This document shows, piece by piece, positions 9,137-17,984 of a DNA stretch of 64,000 nt (its first letter is position 1; every line of letters begins with the position of its first letter). Both the position numbers and the translations under genes were made by a program. Source of the DNA: Vicinamibacteria bacterium. Lineage in GTDB: Bacteria > Acidobacteriota > Vicinamibacteria > Marinacidobacterales > Marinacidobacteraceae. Location of the stretch: the NCBI GenBank assembly GCA_963422395.1, contig OY729431.1, forward strand, positions 736,001-800,000, given 5' to 3'. The notes under the pieces were generated by a model. It made no database searches. It worked only from the letters and a program-made list of their open reading frames with translations, and had not been told where the DNA came from.

Positions 9137-10567
9137 TCAATCCGGTCGGTGCAGGCGGAGAACGGCCTGCGTCCGTTCCGCTGGATCGGAACGGCCGAAG
9201 GTCCCGCCGAACACCATGGCGGCCAGGCTCAGCGGCAGCGCTACCAGGATGGGTCCGAGCCCGATCCCGAGCGCCGGACCGGCGAACAGGACGAGGGTGT
9301 AGGCGAGGATCCCGACGACTAGCGCCGAGACTCCTCCGGCGAGGTTGGCGCGCCGCCACCAGATCCCGAAGACGACCGGCACGAAGAGGCCCGCCGAGAG
9401 CAGGCCGACGCCGGCGGTGTAGAAGCGGGTGAGCAGTTCGGGAGGCGAAAAGGCCCAGTAGAGCGCCGCCGCCCCGACGAGCCAGGTCGCCCCGAGACGC
9501 GCTGCCGCCTGCGTCCGCTTGCCTCTTCGGGACAGCGATCCGCCGAACAGGTCGTGGCAGATCGCCGAACTCACCGCGAGCAGGAAGGCGTCGGTGGTGG
9601 ACATGACCGCCGCCAGCACCGCAGCGACCGCGATGCCCCGCAGGATGGGCCCGAAGCGGTCGGCGACGATGCGCAGGAACACCTCGTCGGGATCGGTCAG
9701 ACCGGGGAACTCCACGATTCCCACCGGGGCGACCACGAGGATCGCGGCGAGGATCATCACCCCGTACCCGACGGTGGCGAGGTTGAGCGAAATCCGCGCG
9801 CTCCGGGGGGTCCTCGCGGTGGCCACCCGCATCACGATGTGCGGGATGACCGGGATGGCGGTGGCCCAGATGATGAAGTAGCTCGGATAGCCGCCGCCGC
9901 CCGCGGGCAGCCGTCCGAAAGCCGGAGAAGCGGCGGTGGCTTCCGCGAGCGGGGAGAACGGCGAACCCGCGGCGGCGATCACCGCCGTCGTGACCGCTCC
10001 CATGAGCAGGAACAACAGCGCCCCCTGCATCACATCGGTGACCGTGACCGCCACCATCCCGCCGAAGGACACATACAGGACGAACACCAGTGTGGCGACC
10101 GTGATCGCGGTCCGGTAATCCACTCCCAGGAGCGCTTCGGCGGTGATCCCCGCTGCTTTCATCTGGGCCACCATGTACACCGTCAGCGACACCACGATGA
10201 TCGTGGGGACCAGGACCCGCACCACCCGGTGGGGGTAGCGGAAGACCAGGAAGTCGGTGATCGTGAACCGGGCCAGCCGCCGGAGCGGAGCGGCGACCAG
10301 GATGGCGGCGAGCGGAAACCCCACGACCGCCCCGGCGAAGAGCGCGAGCGTCGCCGGAATGCCGCCCGAGTAGGCGAGCCCGAGCACCCCCACCAGCGAT
10401 CCGCCGCTCGCGAGGCTGGCCAGGATCGCGAGCGCGTTCACCCCGGCGCCCACCCGCCGCCCGGCCACCCAGTACTCGTCGGCCGAGCCGAGCACCCGGC
10501 GGGTCGCCAGTGCCCCGACGACCACGCAGACCAGCAGGTAGGCGAGGACGAGCCAGCGTTCGATCAT
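9137..10567 (-). CDS. Sodium:solute symporter family protein (ActP/PutP-like)
   Basis: Start MIERWLVLAY; EYWVAGRR, YVSFGGMVAVTVTD, PHIVMR, AAVMSTTD. Confidence 0.85.
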   Translation of the reverse strand: MIERWLVLAYLLVCVVVGALATRRVLGSADEYWVAGRRVGAGVNALAILASLASGGSLVGVLGLAYSGGIPATLALFAGAVVGFPLAAILVAAPLRRLARFTITDFLVFRYPHRVVRVLVPTIIVVSLTVYMVAQMKAAGITAEALLGVDYRTAITVATLVFVLYVSFGGMVAVTVTDVMQGALLFLLMGAVTTAVIAAAGSPFSPLAEATAASPAFGRLPAGGGGYPSYFIIWATAIPVIPHIVMRVATARTPRSARISLNLATVGYGVMILAAILVVAPVGIVEFPGLTDPDEVFLRIVADRFGPILRGIAVAAVLAAVMSTTDAFLLAVSSAICHDLFGGSLSRRGKRTQAAARLGATWLVGAAALYWAFSPPELLTRFYTAGVGLLSAGLFVPVVFGIWWRRANLAGGVSALVVGILAYTLVLFAGPALGIGLGPILVALPLSLAAMVFGGTFGRSDPAERTQAVLRLHRPD

Positions 10568-10797
10568 GGATTTTTTCCGGACCCGGCCCGATCGGCGGGC
10601 TCGTCCCGTTCCGCCGGCGGAGCGGCTTCCGACAGGAGAAGCAGCAGCAGGATCGCCGGCGACCCCAGCAACAGGGCCGCCATGAGCCAGCCGAATGCCG
10701 CCACCCCGAGCACCTGGATATCCCGGAACCACGGCAGGAAGGCCAGCGCCGAGAACCCGATCAGCCCGACGAGTGCGGCGCGCTCCCTCCGGGGCAT
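10564..10797 (-). CDS. Small two-TM membrane protein coupled to the downstream symporter
   Basis: 77 aa MPRRERAALVGLIGFSALAFLPWF...FGWLMAALLLG; its stop overlaps the symporter ATG (ATGA). Confidence 0.6.
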   Translation of the reverse strand: MPRRERAALVGLIGFSALAFLPWFRDIQVLGVAAFGWLMAALLLGSPAILLLLLLSEAAPPAERDEPADRAGSGKNP

Positions 10798-11001
10798 CGG
10801 AAAGAAGCGGCGACTCGTGGTTCGGGGGTCTGGCAGCGGCACGATTCGGGAGGGATACCGAGTGTATTCCGATCGAACCGCAAAGCCGGCCGCTCGCTGC
10901 GCGGCCAGCATGGCCCCGCGAACTCGCAGCGGGGCGACTTCGTCCACCCGCTGTCGAAGCTCCCCTATCATGGCCGCCGCTCCGATCGGAACCGGCCCAC
11001 C

Positions 11002-11793
11002 GTGCGCGTCATCACCTGGAACCTCAATTCGATCCGCACCCGCCGGAACCGGCTGTTCCGCCTGCTCGAGCGCCACCGGCCCGATGTCCTGTGCCTTCAG
11101 GAACTTCGCGCCGAGGCCGGAGTTTTTCCCACCGCCGAGGTGCGGGCCGCCGGATACCACGCACTCGTCCACGCGCAAGCAGCGCGGAACGGGGTGGCGA
11201 TCCTTTCCCGGGAGCCCGCCCGAGAACGGCGCCGCGGCTTGCCGCCTTGCGCGGCGCGCGGCGAAGCGCGGCTGCTCGACGCCTCGGTGGGGGGAGTGCG
11301 GGTGGTCTCTGCGTATGTCCCCAACGGCAAGGCGGTCACCCATCCCGACTGGGAGTACAAGCTGGGCTGGTTCACCGGGCTGCGGGAGCACCTCGATCGG
11401 GAAGGGGACGCCGGGGAGGCCCTGATCCTCTGCGGCGACTTCAATGTGGCGCCCAGCGATCGGGACGCGAGCTCGCCGAGCCGGGAGAGCGTGCTCTGCC
11501 ATCCTGCGGCCCGGGCCGCGCTCGCCCGCATCCGGACCTGGGGGCTCCTCGACGCCTACCGGCTGGTCTTCGCCGAGGGCGAAGAACCGAAGAAGGGGAT
11601 CTACACCTGGTGGGACTACACCCGGATGGCCTTCGCTCGGAACGAGGGGGCGCGGATAGACCACATCTATCTCACCCGGCCGCTCGCCGGGAAGGTCGAA
11701 GCCGTCTTCGTGGACCGCGACGAGCGCCGCCAGAAGAAGGGGCAGGACATCCCCTCGGACCACGCCCCGGTGGTCTGCGATCTCGCCCTCTGA
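11002..11793 (+). CDS. xth: Exodeoxyribonuclease III
   Basis: GTG start; ITWNLNSIR, LCLQE, YVPNG, GDFNVA, YTWWDY, RIDHI, SDHAPV. Confidence 0.9.
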   Translation: MRVITWNLNSIRTRRNRLFRLLERHRPDVLCLQELRAEAGVFPTAEVRAAGYHALVHAQAARNGVAILSREPARERRRGLPPCAARGEARLLDASVGGVRVVSAYVPNGKAVTHPDWEYKLGWFTGLREHLDREGDAGEALILCGDFNVAPSDRDASSPSRESVLCHPAARAALARIRTWGLLDAYRLVFAEGEEPKKGIYTWWDYTRMAFARNEGARIDHIYLTRPLAGKVEAVFVDRDERRQKKGQDIPSDHAPVVCDLAL

Positions 11794-11934
11794 CCCGTCA
11801 GCGCCGCCCGCTCCGGGAGCGCAGCGCGCGGCGAATGGCTCTTGCGTCGGAAGGGTCTCTTGTCCTACCCTTGTCTGCTACTCGCTGCGTCTTCGGAACC
11901 GGTTTTCCCTAGCCGCTCTCCAGCGTTCAGAACC

Positions 11935-14481
11935 ATGCGCTTTTTCTTGGGCTTCGCTGCTCTAGTGCTCGCTGCAGGCAACCACGCCCAGATCTCTCAC
12001 GCCCGGGCCTTCGAGGCCCGGATCTCCGAAGCCCGGAACCCCGAGGCCCGCTTTTCGCCAGAGAGCCCCGGGCTGTCGGCGGTGCGTGGGTGGTCGTCGG
12101 GGTCGGGGTCGGGGGTGGGGGTTTCAGGAGTTGGGGCTGGGTCGTCGGCGGAGCACAACCGGATGGTTCGGACGTATTGCGTGGTGTGTCACAACGACCG
12201 GATGCGGACGGGGAACATGTCGTTGTCGGGTTTCGATGCGGGGGATGCGTCGTCGAGTCCGGAGTTGTCGGAGAAGGTGGTATCGAAGCTGCGTTTGGGG
12301 ATGATGCCGCCGCCAGGGGCGCGTCGTCCGGCGGAGGAGGTATTGGAGGAGGTTGCGGGGTCTTTGGAGGGTCAGTTGGATCGGAATGCGGAGGAGCATC
12401 CGAATCCGGGGAGGCGTTCGTTTCAGCGTTTGAATCGTGCGGAGTACACGGCGGCGGTTCGGGATTTGCTGGCGTTGCCGGTGGATGCTGCGGAGTATTT
12501 GCCTCAGGACACGATCAGCGCGAACTTCGACAACATCGCGGATGTTCAGTTGTTGTCGGCGACATTGATGGATTCGTATTTGCGTGCGGCGGGCGAGATC
12601 AGTCGGCTGGCGGTGGGCGATCCGAACGCTGTGCCCGCCGAGACGAGCTACTTCGTTTCCCGCTGGTCTTCGCAGCGCCTACAGGTCGAGGGCGCTCCGT
12701 ACGGAACCCGCGGCGGGATCGCGGTGGAGCACACTTTTCCGGCCGACGGACACTATGTGTTCCGGGTTTCGCTGCATCATGAGGTCTGCGGCCCGATCGT
12801 CGGCACCGCTGCCGGAGCGCTGAACTCGGAGCAGGATCCCGAGCAACTCGAAGTCTCGATCGACGGCGAGCGCGTGGCGCTGCTCGCGATCGATCCCTGG
12901 ATGCACACTTCGGACCCGAACGGGGCGACGATGCGGACCGAGCCCATCTTCATCGAAGCCGGGCCGCGCCGGGTGGCCGCTGCCTTCCTGCGCCAGTTCG
13001 ATGGCCCCGTTCAGGACTTGATCTCTCCGCACGACTGGTCGCTGGCGAGCACGAACATCGCGCTCACCTACGGCATCCACAGCCTGCCGCATCTGCGGGA
13101 TGTACTGATTCGCGGTCCGTTCGAGGCGACGGGGGTATCGGAGACGCCGAGTCGGAGTCGGATATTCGGTTGTCGTCCACTGTCGTCGGAGGAGGCGGTT
13201 GGGTGCGCGGAGGAGATCTTGGGACGTTTGGGGCGTTTGGCGTATCGCCGGAGTTTGACGGGGGAGGAGTTGGGAGCGTTGATGGAGCTGTATGCGTCGG
13301 GTTCGGAGAGTGTGGGTTTCGAGGAGGGGATTCGGATGGGGATCGAGGGGATGCTGGCGAGTCCGAACTTCGTATTTCGGATCGAGGAGCCGGTGGATCC
13401 CCGTGAGGCGGCGTTCGGGTATCGGCTGAGCGACACGGACCTGGCGTCTCGTTTGTCGTTTTATCTTTGGGGGACGATACCGGACGAGGAGTTGCTGGAT
13501 TCGGCGGAGTCGGGGCGTTTGTCGGATGCGGAGGAGTATGAGGGTCAGGTGCGTCGGATGCTGTCGGATCCGCGTTCGCTGGCGTTGTCGAAGCGTTTTG
13601 CGAGCCAGTGGTTTCGGTTACAGGATTTGGAGAAGATCAACCCGAACGTGCGTTTGTTTCCGGATTTCCATCAGCAGCTGAAGGAGGCGATGGTGGAGGA
13701 GACGGAGCGTTTTTTCCATCATTTGGTATTGGAGGACCGGAGCGTATTGGAGTTGTTCACGGCGGACTACACATTCGTGAATGAGCGATTGGCGAAGCAC
13801 TACGGGATGACGGGGGTAGCGGGGCCGGAGCACCGTTTGGTGCGGTATGGGGATGCGGGCCGGCGTGGGATATTCGGTCACGGGAGCATTTTGACATTGA
13901 CTTCGCATCCGTATCGGACATCGGCGGTGCTGCGGGGCAAGTGGGTGATGGAGGTATTGCTGGGGAGCCCGCCGCCGCCGCCGCCGCCGAATGTTCCGGA
14001 CCTGGACGCGACGGCGGCGACGGCGGATGGGCGTGAGCTGACGGCGCGGGAGCGTTTGGAGATCCATCGGGACAACCCGGCGTGCCGTTCGTGCCACCGG
14101 ATGATGGACCCGATCGGGTTGGCGCTGGAGCACTACGATGTGACGGGTCGGGAGCGGGTGAAGGACTCGGGGCAGCCGATCGATGCGTCGGGAGAGTTCT
14201 ACGACGGGACGGCGATTCGGGATGTGGGTGATCTGCGGGCGGCGCTGCTGCTGCGGCCGACGCCGCTGCTGCGGACGTTCACGGAGAACCTGATGGCGTA
14301 TGCGTTGGGGAGGCGGGTGGAGTATTACGATCAGCCGCGGGTGCGAGAGATCGTGCGCGAGGCGGCGGAGTCGGACTATCGGATGTCGGCGTTCTTGTTG
14401 GGCGTGGCGCGGAGTCCGGCGTTCCAGAGGAAGGGAGTTTCGGAGCCGTCGCCGGTGGCGACGGAGCTGGGCGAGCCCTGA
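11935..14481 (+). CDS. DUF1592/DUF1587/DUF1595/DUF1588/DUF1585 cytochrome-c domain protein, copy 1
   Basis: Signal peptide; heme motifs CVVCH and CRSCH; RLNRAEY...VRDLL, LASRLSFYLWGTIPD, RTSAVLRGKWV, PPPPPPNVP. Confidence 0.85.
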   Translation: MRFFLGFAALVLAAGNHAQISHARAFEARISEARNPEARFSPESPGLSAVRGWSSGSGSGVGVSGVGAGSSAEHNRMVRTYCVVCHNDRMRTGNMSLSGFDAGDASSSPELSEKVVSKLRLGMMPPPGARRPAEEVLEEVAGSLEGQLDRNAEEHPNPGRRSFQRLNRAEYTAAVRDLLALPVDAAEYLPQDTISANFDNIADVQLLSATLMDSYLRAAGEISRLAVGDPNAVPAETSYFVSRWSSQRLQVEGAPYGTRGGIAVEHTFPADGHYVFRVSLHHEVCGPIVGTAAGALNSEQDPEQLEVSIDGERVALLAIDPWMHTSDPNGATMRTEPIFIEAGPRRVAAAFLRQFDGPVQDLISPHDWSLASTNIALTYGIHSLPHLRDVLIRGPFEATGVSETPSRSRIFGCRPLSSEEAVGCAEEILGRLGRLAYRRSLTGEELGALMELYASGSESVGFEEGIRMGIEGMLASPNFVFRIEEPVDPREAAFGYRLSDTDLASRLSFYLWGTIPDEELLDSAESGRLSDAEEYEGQVRRMLSDPRSLALSKRFASQWFRLQDLEKINPNVRLFPDFHQQLKEAMVEETERFFHHLVLEDRSVLELFTADYTFVNERLAKHYGMTGVAGPEHRLVRYGDAGRRGIFGHGSILTLTSHPYRTSAVLRGKWVMEVLLGSPPPPPPPNVPDLDATAATADGRELTARERLEIHRDNPACRSCHRMMDPIGLALEHYDVTGRERVKDSGQPIDASGEFYDGTAIRDVGDLRAALLLRPTPLLRTFTENLMAYALGRRVEYYDQPRVREIVREAAESDYRMSAFLLGVARSPAFQRKGVSEPSPVATELGEP
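11986..12060 (+). repeat. Five imperfect 15-bp tandem units (AQISH ARAFE ARISE ARNPE ARFSP)
   Basis: gcccagatctctcac gcccgggccttcgag gcccggatctccgaa gcccggaaccccgag gcccgcttttcgcca. Confidence 0.7.
12072..12644 (+). repeat. Constant tract A, copy 1 (partner 18170-18742)
   Basis: Matches its partner at offset 6098; only four substitutions seen (12173, 12282, 12612, 12632). Confidence 0.9.
12099..12121 (+). other. Canonical G-quadruplex-forming motif, copy 1
   Basis: GGGG TC GGGG TC GGGGG T GGGGG: four runs of at least 4 G with 1-2 nt loops. Confidence 0.7.
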
Positions 14482-15882
14482 GCTAGGAGAGAGCGATGCA
14501 CTATCTGACAGGGAAGAGAGTTCCGCGGCGGAGTTTTCTGCGGGGAGCGGGTGCGGCGGTGGCGCTGCCGTTTCTGGATGCGATGGTTCCGGCGAGCGTG
14601 ATTGCGAAGCCGGGGGCGTCGGAGCGAACGCGGCTGGTGGCGATCGAGATCGTGCACGGCGCGGCGGGGAGCAACGAGTATGGGCGGGAGCAGAACCTGT
14701 GGTCGCCGGCTGCGGAGGGTGCGGAGTTCGATCTGTCCGAGGGTGCGTTGAGCCCGCTTGCGCCGTATCGGGACCATGTGACGATCGTGAGCGATTGTGA
14801 TGTGGAGCCGGCAGAGGCGGAGACGGCGCGTGAGATCGGAGGGGACCACTTCCGTTCGAGCGCGGCGTTCCTGACGCAGTCGCATCCGAAGCAGACGGAG
14901 GGTTCGGATGTGCACGCGGGGACTTCGCTGGACCAGCTGTATGCGGCGCGCTTCGGCCAGGAGACGCCGATTCCTTCGATGCAGCTGTGCATCGAGACGG
15001 TGGACCAAGCGGGAGGGTGCGCGTACGGGTATGCGTGCGTGTACACGGACACGATCAGCTGGGCGTCGCCGACGCAGCCGCTGCCGATGACGCGGGACCC
15101 GCGGATCGTGTTCGATCAGCTGTTCGGCGCGGGGGGGACGCCGGAGGGCCGAGTGGCGCGTCAGCAGGCGCGCAAGAGCGTGCTGGACTTCATCGGAGAG
15201 GAAGTCCGGCGGCTCCAGGGGGCGCTGGACCCGGAGGATGTGCGGCGGATGGACCGGTATCTGACGGACATCCGTGAGATGGAGCGTCGGATCGAGCGGA
15301 TCGTGGAGCGGAACACGAGCGGAGAGCTGCGTGACCTGCCGGAGGCGCCGTCGGGAGTCCCGGACTCGTTCGACGAGCATGTGAAGATCATGTTCGACCT
15401 GCAGGCGCTGGCGTTCCAGTCGGACATGACGCGGGTGTTCAGCTTCAAGCTGGGACGGGATGCGTCGAGCCGGGTGTATCCGGAGAGCGGAGAAGCGACG
15501 GCGTTCCACCCGGCATCGCACCACGGGAACGACCCGGAGCGGGTGGAGGTTCTGGGACGGATCAATCGGTACCATGTGGGCTTGGTCCCGTATTTCATGG
15601 AGCGGCTCGCGGGGATCGAGGAGGGAGACCGCTCGCTGCTGGACAAGACGATGATCCTGTATGGGTCCCCGATGGGAGACCCGAACATCCACAACCACAA
15701 GCGGGTTCCGTTCTTCGTCGCAGGCGGTGCGAACGGGGCGCTGGAGCATGGCCTGCATTTGCGGGCGGCGGCGGGTACGCCGCTGGCGAACGTGATGCTG
15801 ACGCTGTTGCACGAGCTGGGTCTGGACGACCTCCCGCGCTTCGGAAACAGCACCGGAGAGTTCTCCCTTTCGGCGTGAGCCG
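13113..15882 (+). repeat. Constant tract B, copy 1 (2770 bp; partner 19211-21980)
   Basis: No differences seen by eye at offset 6098; ORF translations in all frames are identical between the copies. Confidence 0.92.
14496..15878 (+). CDS. DUF1552 domain protein with Tat-like signal, copy 1
   Basis: RRSFLRGAGAAVALPFLDAM; GGCAYGYACVY; HPASHH; follows the DUF1592 gene, the usual pairing. Confidence 0.85.
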   Translation: MHYLTGKRVPRRSFLRGAGAAVALPFLDAMVPASVIAKPGASERTRLVAIEIVHGAAGSNEYGREQNLWSPAAEGAEFDLSEGALSPLAPYRDHVTIVSDCDVEPAEAETAREIGGDHFRSSAAFLTQSHPKQTEGSDVHAGTSLDQLYAARFGQETPIPSMQLCIETVDQAGGCAYGYACVYTDTISWASPTQPLPMTRDPRIVFDQLFGAGGTPEGRVARQQARKSVLDFIGEEVRRLQGALDPEDVRRMDRYLTDIREMERRIERIVERNTSGELRDLPEAPSGVPDSFDEHVKIMFDLQALAFQSDMTRVFSFKLGRDASSRVYPESGEATAFHPASHHGNDPERVEVLGRINRYHVGLVPYFMERLAGIEEGDRSLLDKTMILYGSPMGDPNIHNHKRVPFFVAGGANGALEHGLHLRAAAGTPLANVMLTLLHELGLDDLPRFGNSTGEFSLSA

Positions 15883-15910
15883 GGGGCGCGCCGGGGAGGA
15901 GATCTGGAAA

Positions 15911-17977
15911 ATGGAGATGGAGAGGAACGGAGAGAAGCGGAAGGCGGGGCTGTTGCTGTGCCTCGCGGCGGGGCTCGCGGCGGCGTGCCTATCGCTGGCG
16001 GGGGCCTCGTTCGCGGCGCGGGTGCCGCCGGTTCTGGAGGCGGCGAAGCGTGGAGATGTCGAGGCGCTGCGGTCGGAGCTGCGGTCGGGGGGAGATGTGA
16101 ACACGGCGCAGGGGGACGGTTTCACCGCGCTGCACTGGGCGGCGAAGACGGGGAGCCGCGAGGTGGCGGAGGTGTTGATCGCGGCGGGAGCGGACCTGCG
16201 GGCGACGACGCGGCTGGGAAGCCACATGCCGTTGCATGTGGCGGCGGCAGCGGGGCAGCCGGGGGTTGCGGAAGCGCTGCTCGAGGCCGGCGCTCCGGTC
16301 GCTGCAACCACCGGAACCGGCGCTCGGCCCATCCACTTCGCCGCCGCCTCCGGGAACCCCTCCCTGATCGAAGTGCTCGCGGGGAAGGGCGCTGACCTGA
16401 ATGTGGTCGAACCGCAGTGGGGGCAGACCCCGCTCATGTTCGCCGCCGCCACCGGCCGCGCCGCGGCGGTCGAGGCGCTGCTGGTTCGAGGGGCGGATCC
16501 CTCCGCGACGGCCTCGGTCCTCGATGTGGCGGCGCGGGCAGAAGCCGACCTGCTGGCCCGCCGGGCCCGTCAGGCGCGGGTAGATCGCGAGCGGGGCGGG
16601 GCCGGCGTGATCTACGACCCTCGGGAACGGGACAAGCAGCGCAAGGAAGCGCAGCGGCGGGCGAAGGCGGCCGCTGCCGCCAAGGCGGAGCGCGAGAAAG
16701 GGCGCACCGAAGAAACGCCCGCAGCCTCCGGTTCCGGAAAGAGCGGCTCTGCGGATCTCGCCGACCTGAAGCTGGAGGGAAAGAAGCCAGCGGAGGACGG
16801 GGAGGGCGCAGCCGATGCGGAAGCGTCCGAAGCCGAAAAGGACGAACACGCGGAGGCTCACGGCCACCCCGAAGACGAACTCGTCCGGGAAGAAGAGAAG
16901 ACCCGGAAAGAAGACGAGCAGAAGGCCGCCGCCCGGAAGGGTGGTGACTCCGGGAAGGAAAACCGGCAGCCGCTGCGGTATGCCGAACTCGTGGGCACCC
17001 ACGGCGGTCTGACGGCGCTGCTGCTCGCTGCCCGCGACGGCCATCTCGAAGCGGCGGCGGCTCTGCTGGACGGAGGCGCCGCTGTCGATCAGCGAGCTGA
17101 AGGACACCGGACGACCCCGCTTCTGATGGCCGCCATCAACGGCCACTACGACCTCGGCATGGAGCTGCTCGCCCGCGGTGCCGACCCGAACCTCAGGAAC
17201 ATCTCCGGTGCCGCTCCGCTCTATGCAGCCATCAACGCCCGCTGGATTTCCCAACCCTTCCACCCGCAGCCGGCAGACCACCTGCAGCAGCAGAACTCGC
17301 ATGTCGAGTTCATGGAAGCGCTGATCGAGGCCGGCGCCGATATCGATGCTCGGCTCGAGCGGAAGCAGTGGTACAGCACCTACAACACCGACCAGCTCGG
17401 AGTGAACCGGGCCGGGGCGACCGCCTTCTGGCGCGCTGCGTACGCGCTGGACATTCCGGCGATGGAACTGCTCGTTGCGCACGGTGCGGACCCTTCGATT
17501 CCCACCATGAAGGTCCCCGAACGGACGCTGCGCCGGCTGACGGACCTGGTCTCCGAAGATCCGGAGGAGGATCCTTCGGGGCTGCCCGAGGTGCCCTACG
17601 GAGGGCCTGGCGTCTATCCGATCCACGCTGCCGCCGGGGTGGGCTACGGGCTGGGTCTCGCGGCGAACTCGCATCGCCACGCTCCCGACGCCTGGCTGCC
17701 GGCGGTGCAGTACCTGGTGGAGGAACACGGCGCCGATCCGGACGCCCGAGACCACAATGGATACAGCGTCATCCACCACGCCGCTTCGCGCGGGGACAAC
17801 GAGATGATCGAGTATCTGATCGGGAAGGGCGCCGATCCGTTGGCGGTCGCCCGGACCGGCCAGACGACGATCGATCTCGCGAACGGTCCGGTGCAGCGGA
17901 TCAGCCCCTTCCCGGAAACCATCGCGCTACTCGAAGGTTACGGCGCCAAGAACAACAACCGCTGCGTCGGGTGCTGA
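15911..17977 (+). CDS. Secreted ankyrin-repeat protein with long charged linker and C-terminal CxxC, copy 1
   Basis: GGAGGAG before ATG 15911; TALHWAA, PLHVAA, TPLMFAA, TPLLMAA repeats; ends NNNRCVGC. Confidence 0.85.
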   Translation: MEMERNGEKRKAGLLLCLAAGLAAACLSLAGASFAARVPPVLEAAKRGDVEALRSELRSGGDVNTAQGDGFTALHWAAKTGSREVAEVLIAAGADLRATTRLGSHMPLHVAAAAGQPGVAEALLEAGAPVAATTGTGARPIHFAAASGNPSLIEVLAGKGADLNVVEPQWGQTPLMFAAATGRAAAVEALLVRGADPSATASVLDVAARAEADLLARRARQARVDRERGGAGVIYDPRERDKQRKEAQRRAKAAAAAKAEREKGRTEETPAASGSGKSGSADLADLKLEGKKPAEDGEGAADAEASEAEKDEHAEAHGHPEDELVREEEKTRKEDEQKAAARKGGDSGKENRQPLRYAELVGTHGGLTALLLAARDGHLEAAAALLDGGAAVDQRAEGHRTTPLLMAAINGHYDLGMELLARGADPNLRNISGAAPLYAAINARWISQPFHPQPADHLQQQNSHVEFMEALIEAGADIDARLERKQWYSTYNTDQLGVNRAGATAFWRAAYALDIPAMELLVAHGADPSIPTMKVPERTLRRLTDLVSEDPEEDPSGLPEVPYGGPGVYPIHAAAGVGYGLGLAANSHRHAPDAWLPAVQYLVEEHGADPDARDHNGYSVIHHAASRGDNEMIEYLIGKGADPLAVARTGQTTIDLANGPVQRISPFPETIALLEGYGAKNNNRCVGC

Positions 17978-17984
17978 CAAGAGG

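Noticed and set aside
13968-13990. (CCG)n trinucleotide run
   Set aside because: It encodes the conserved poly-proline motif of DUF1588 domains.
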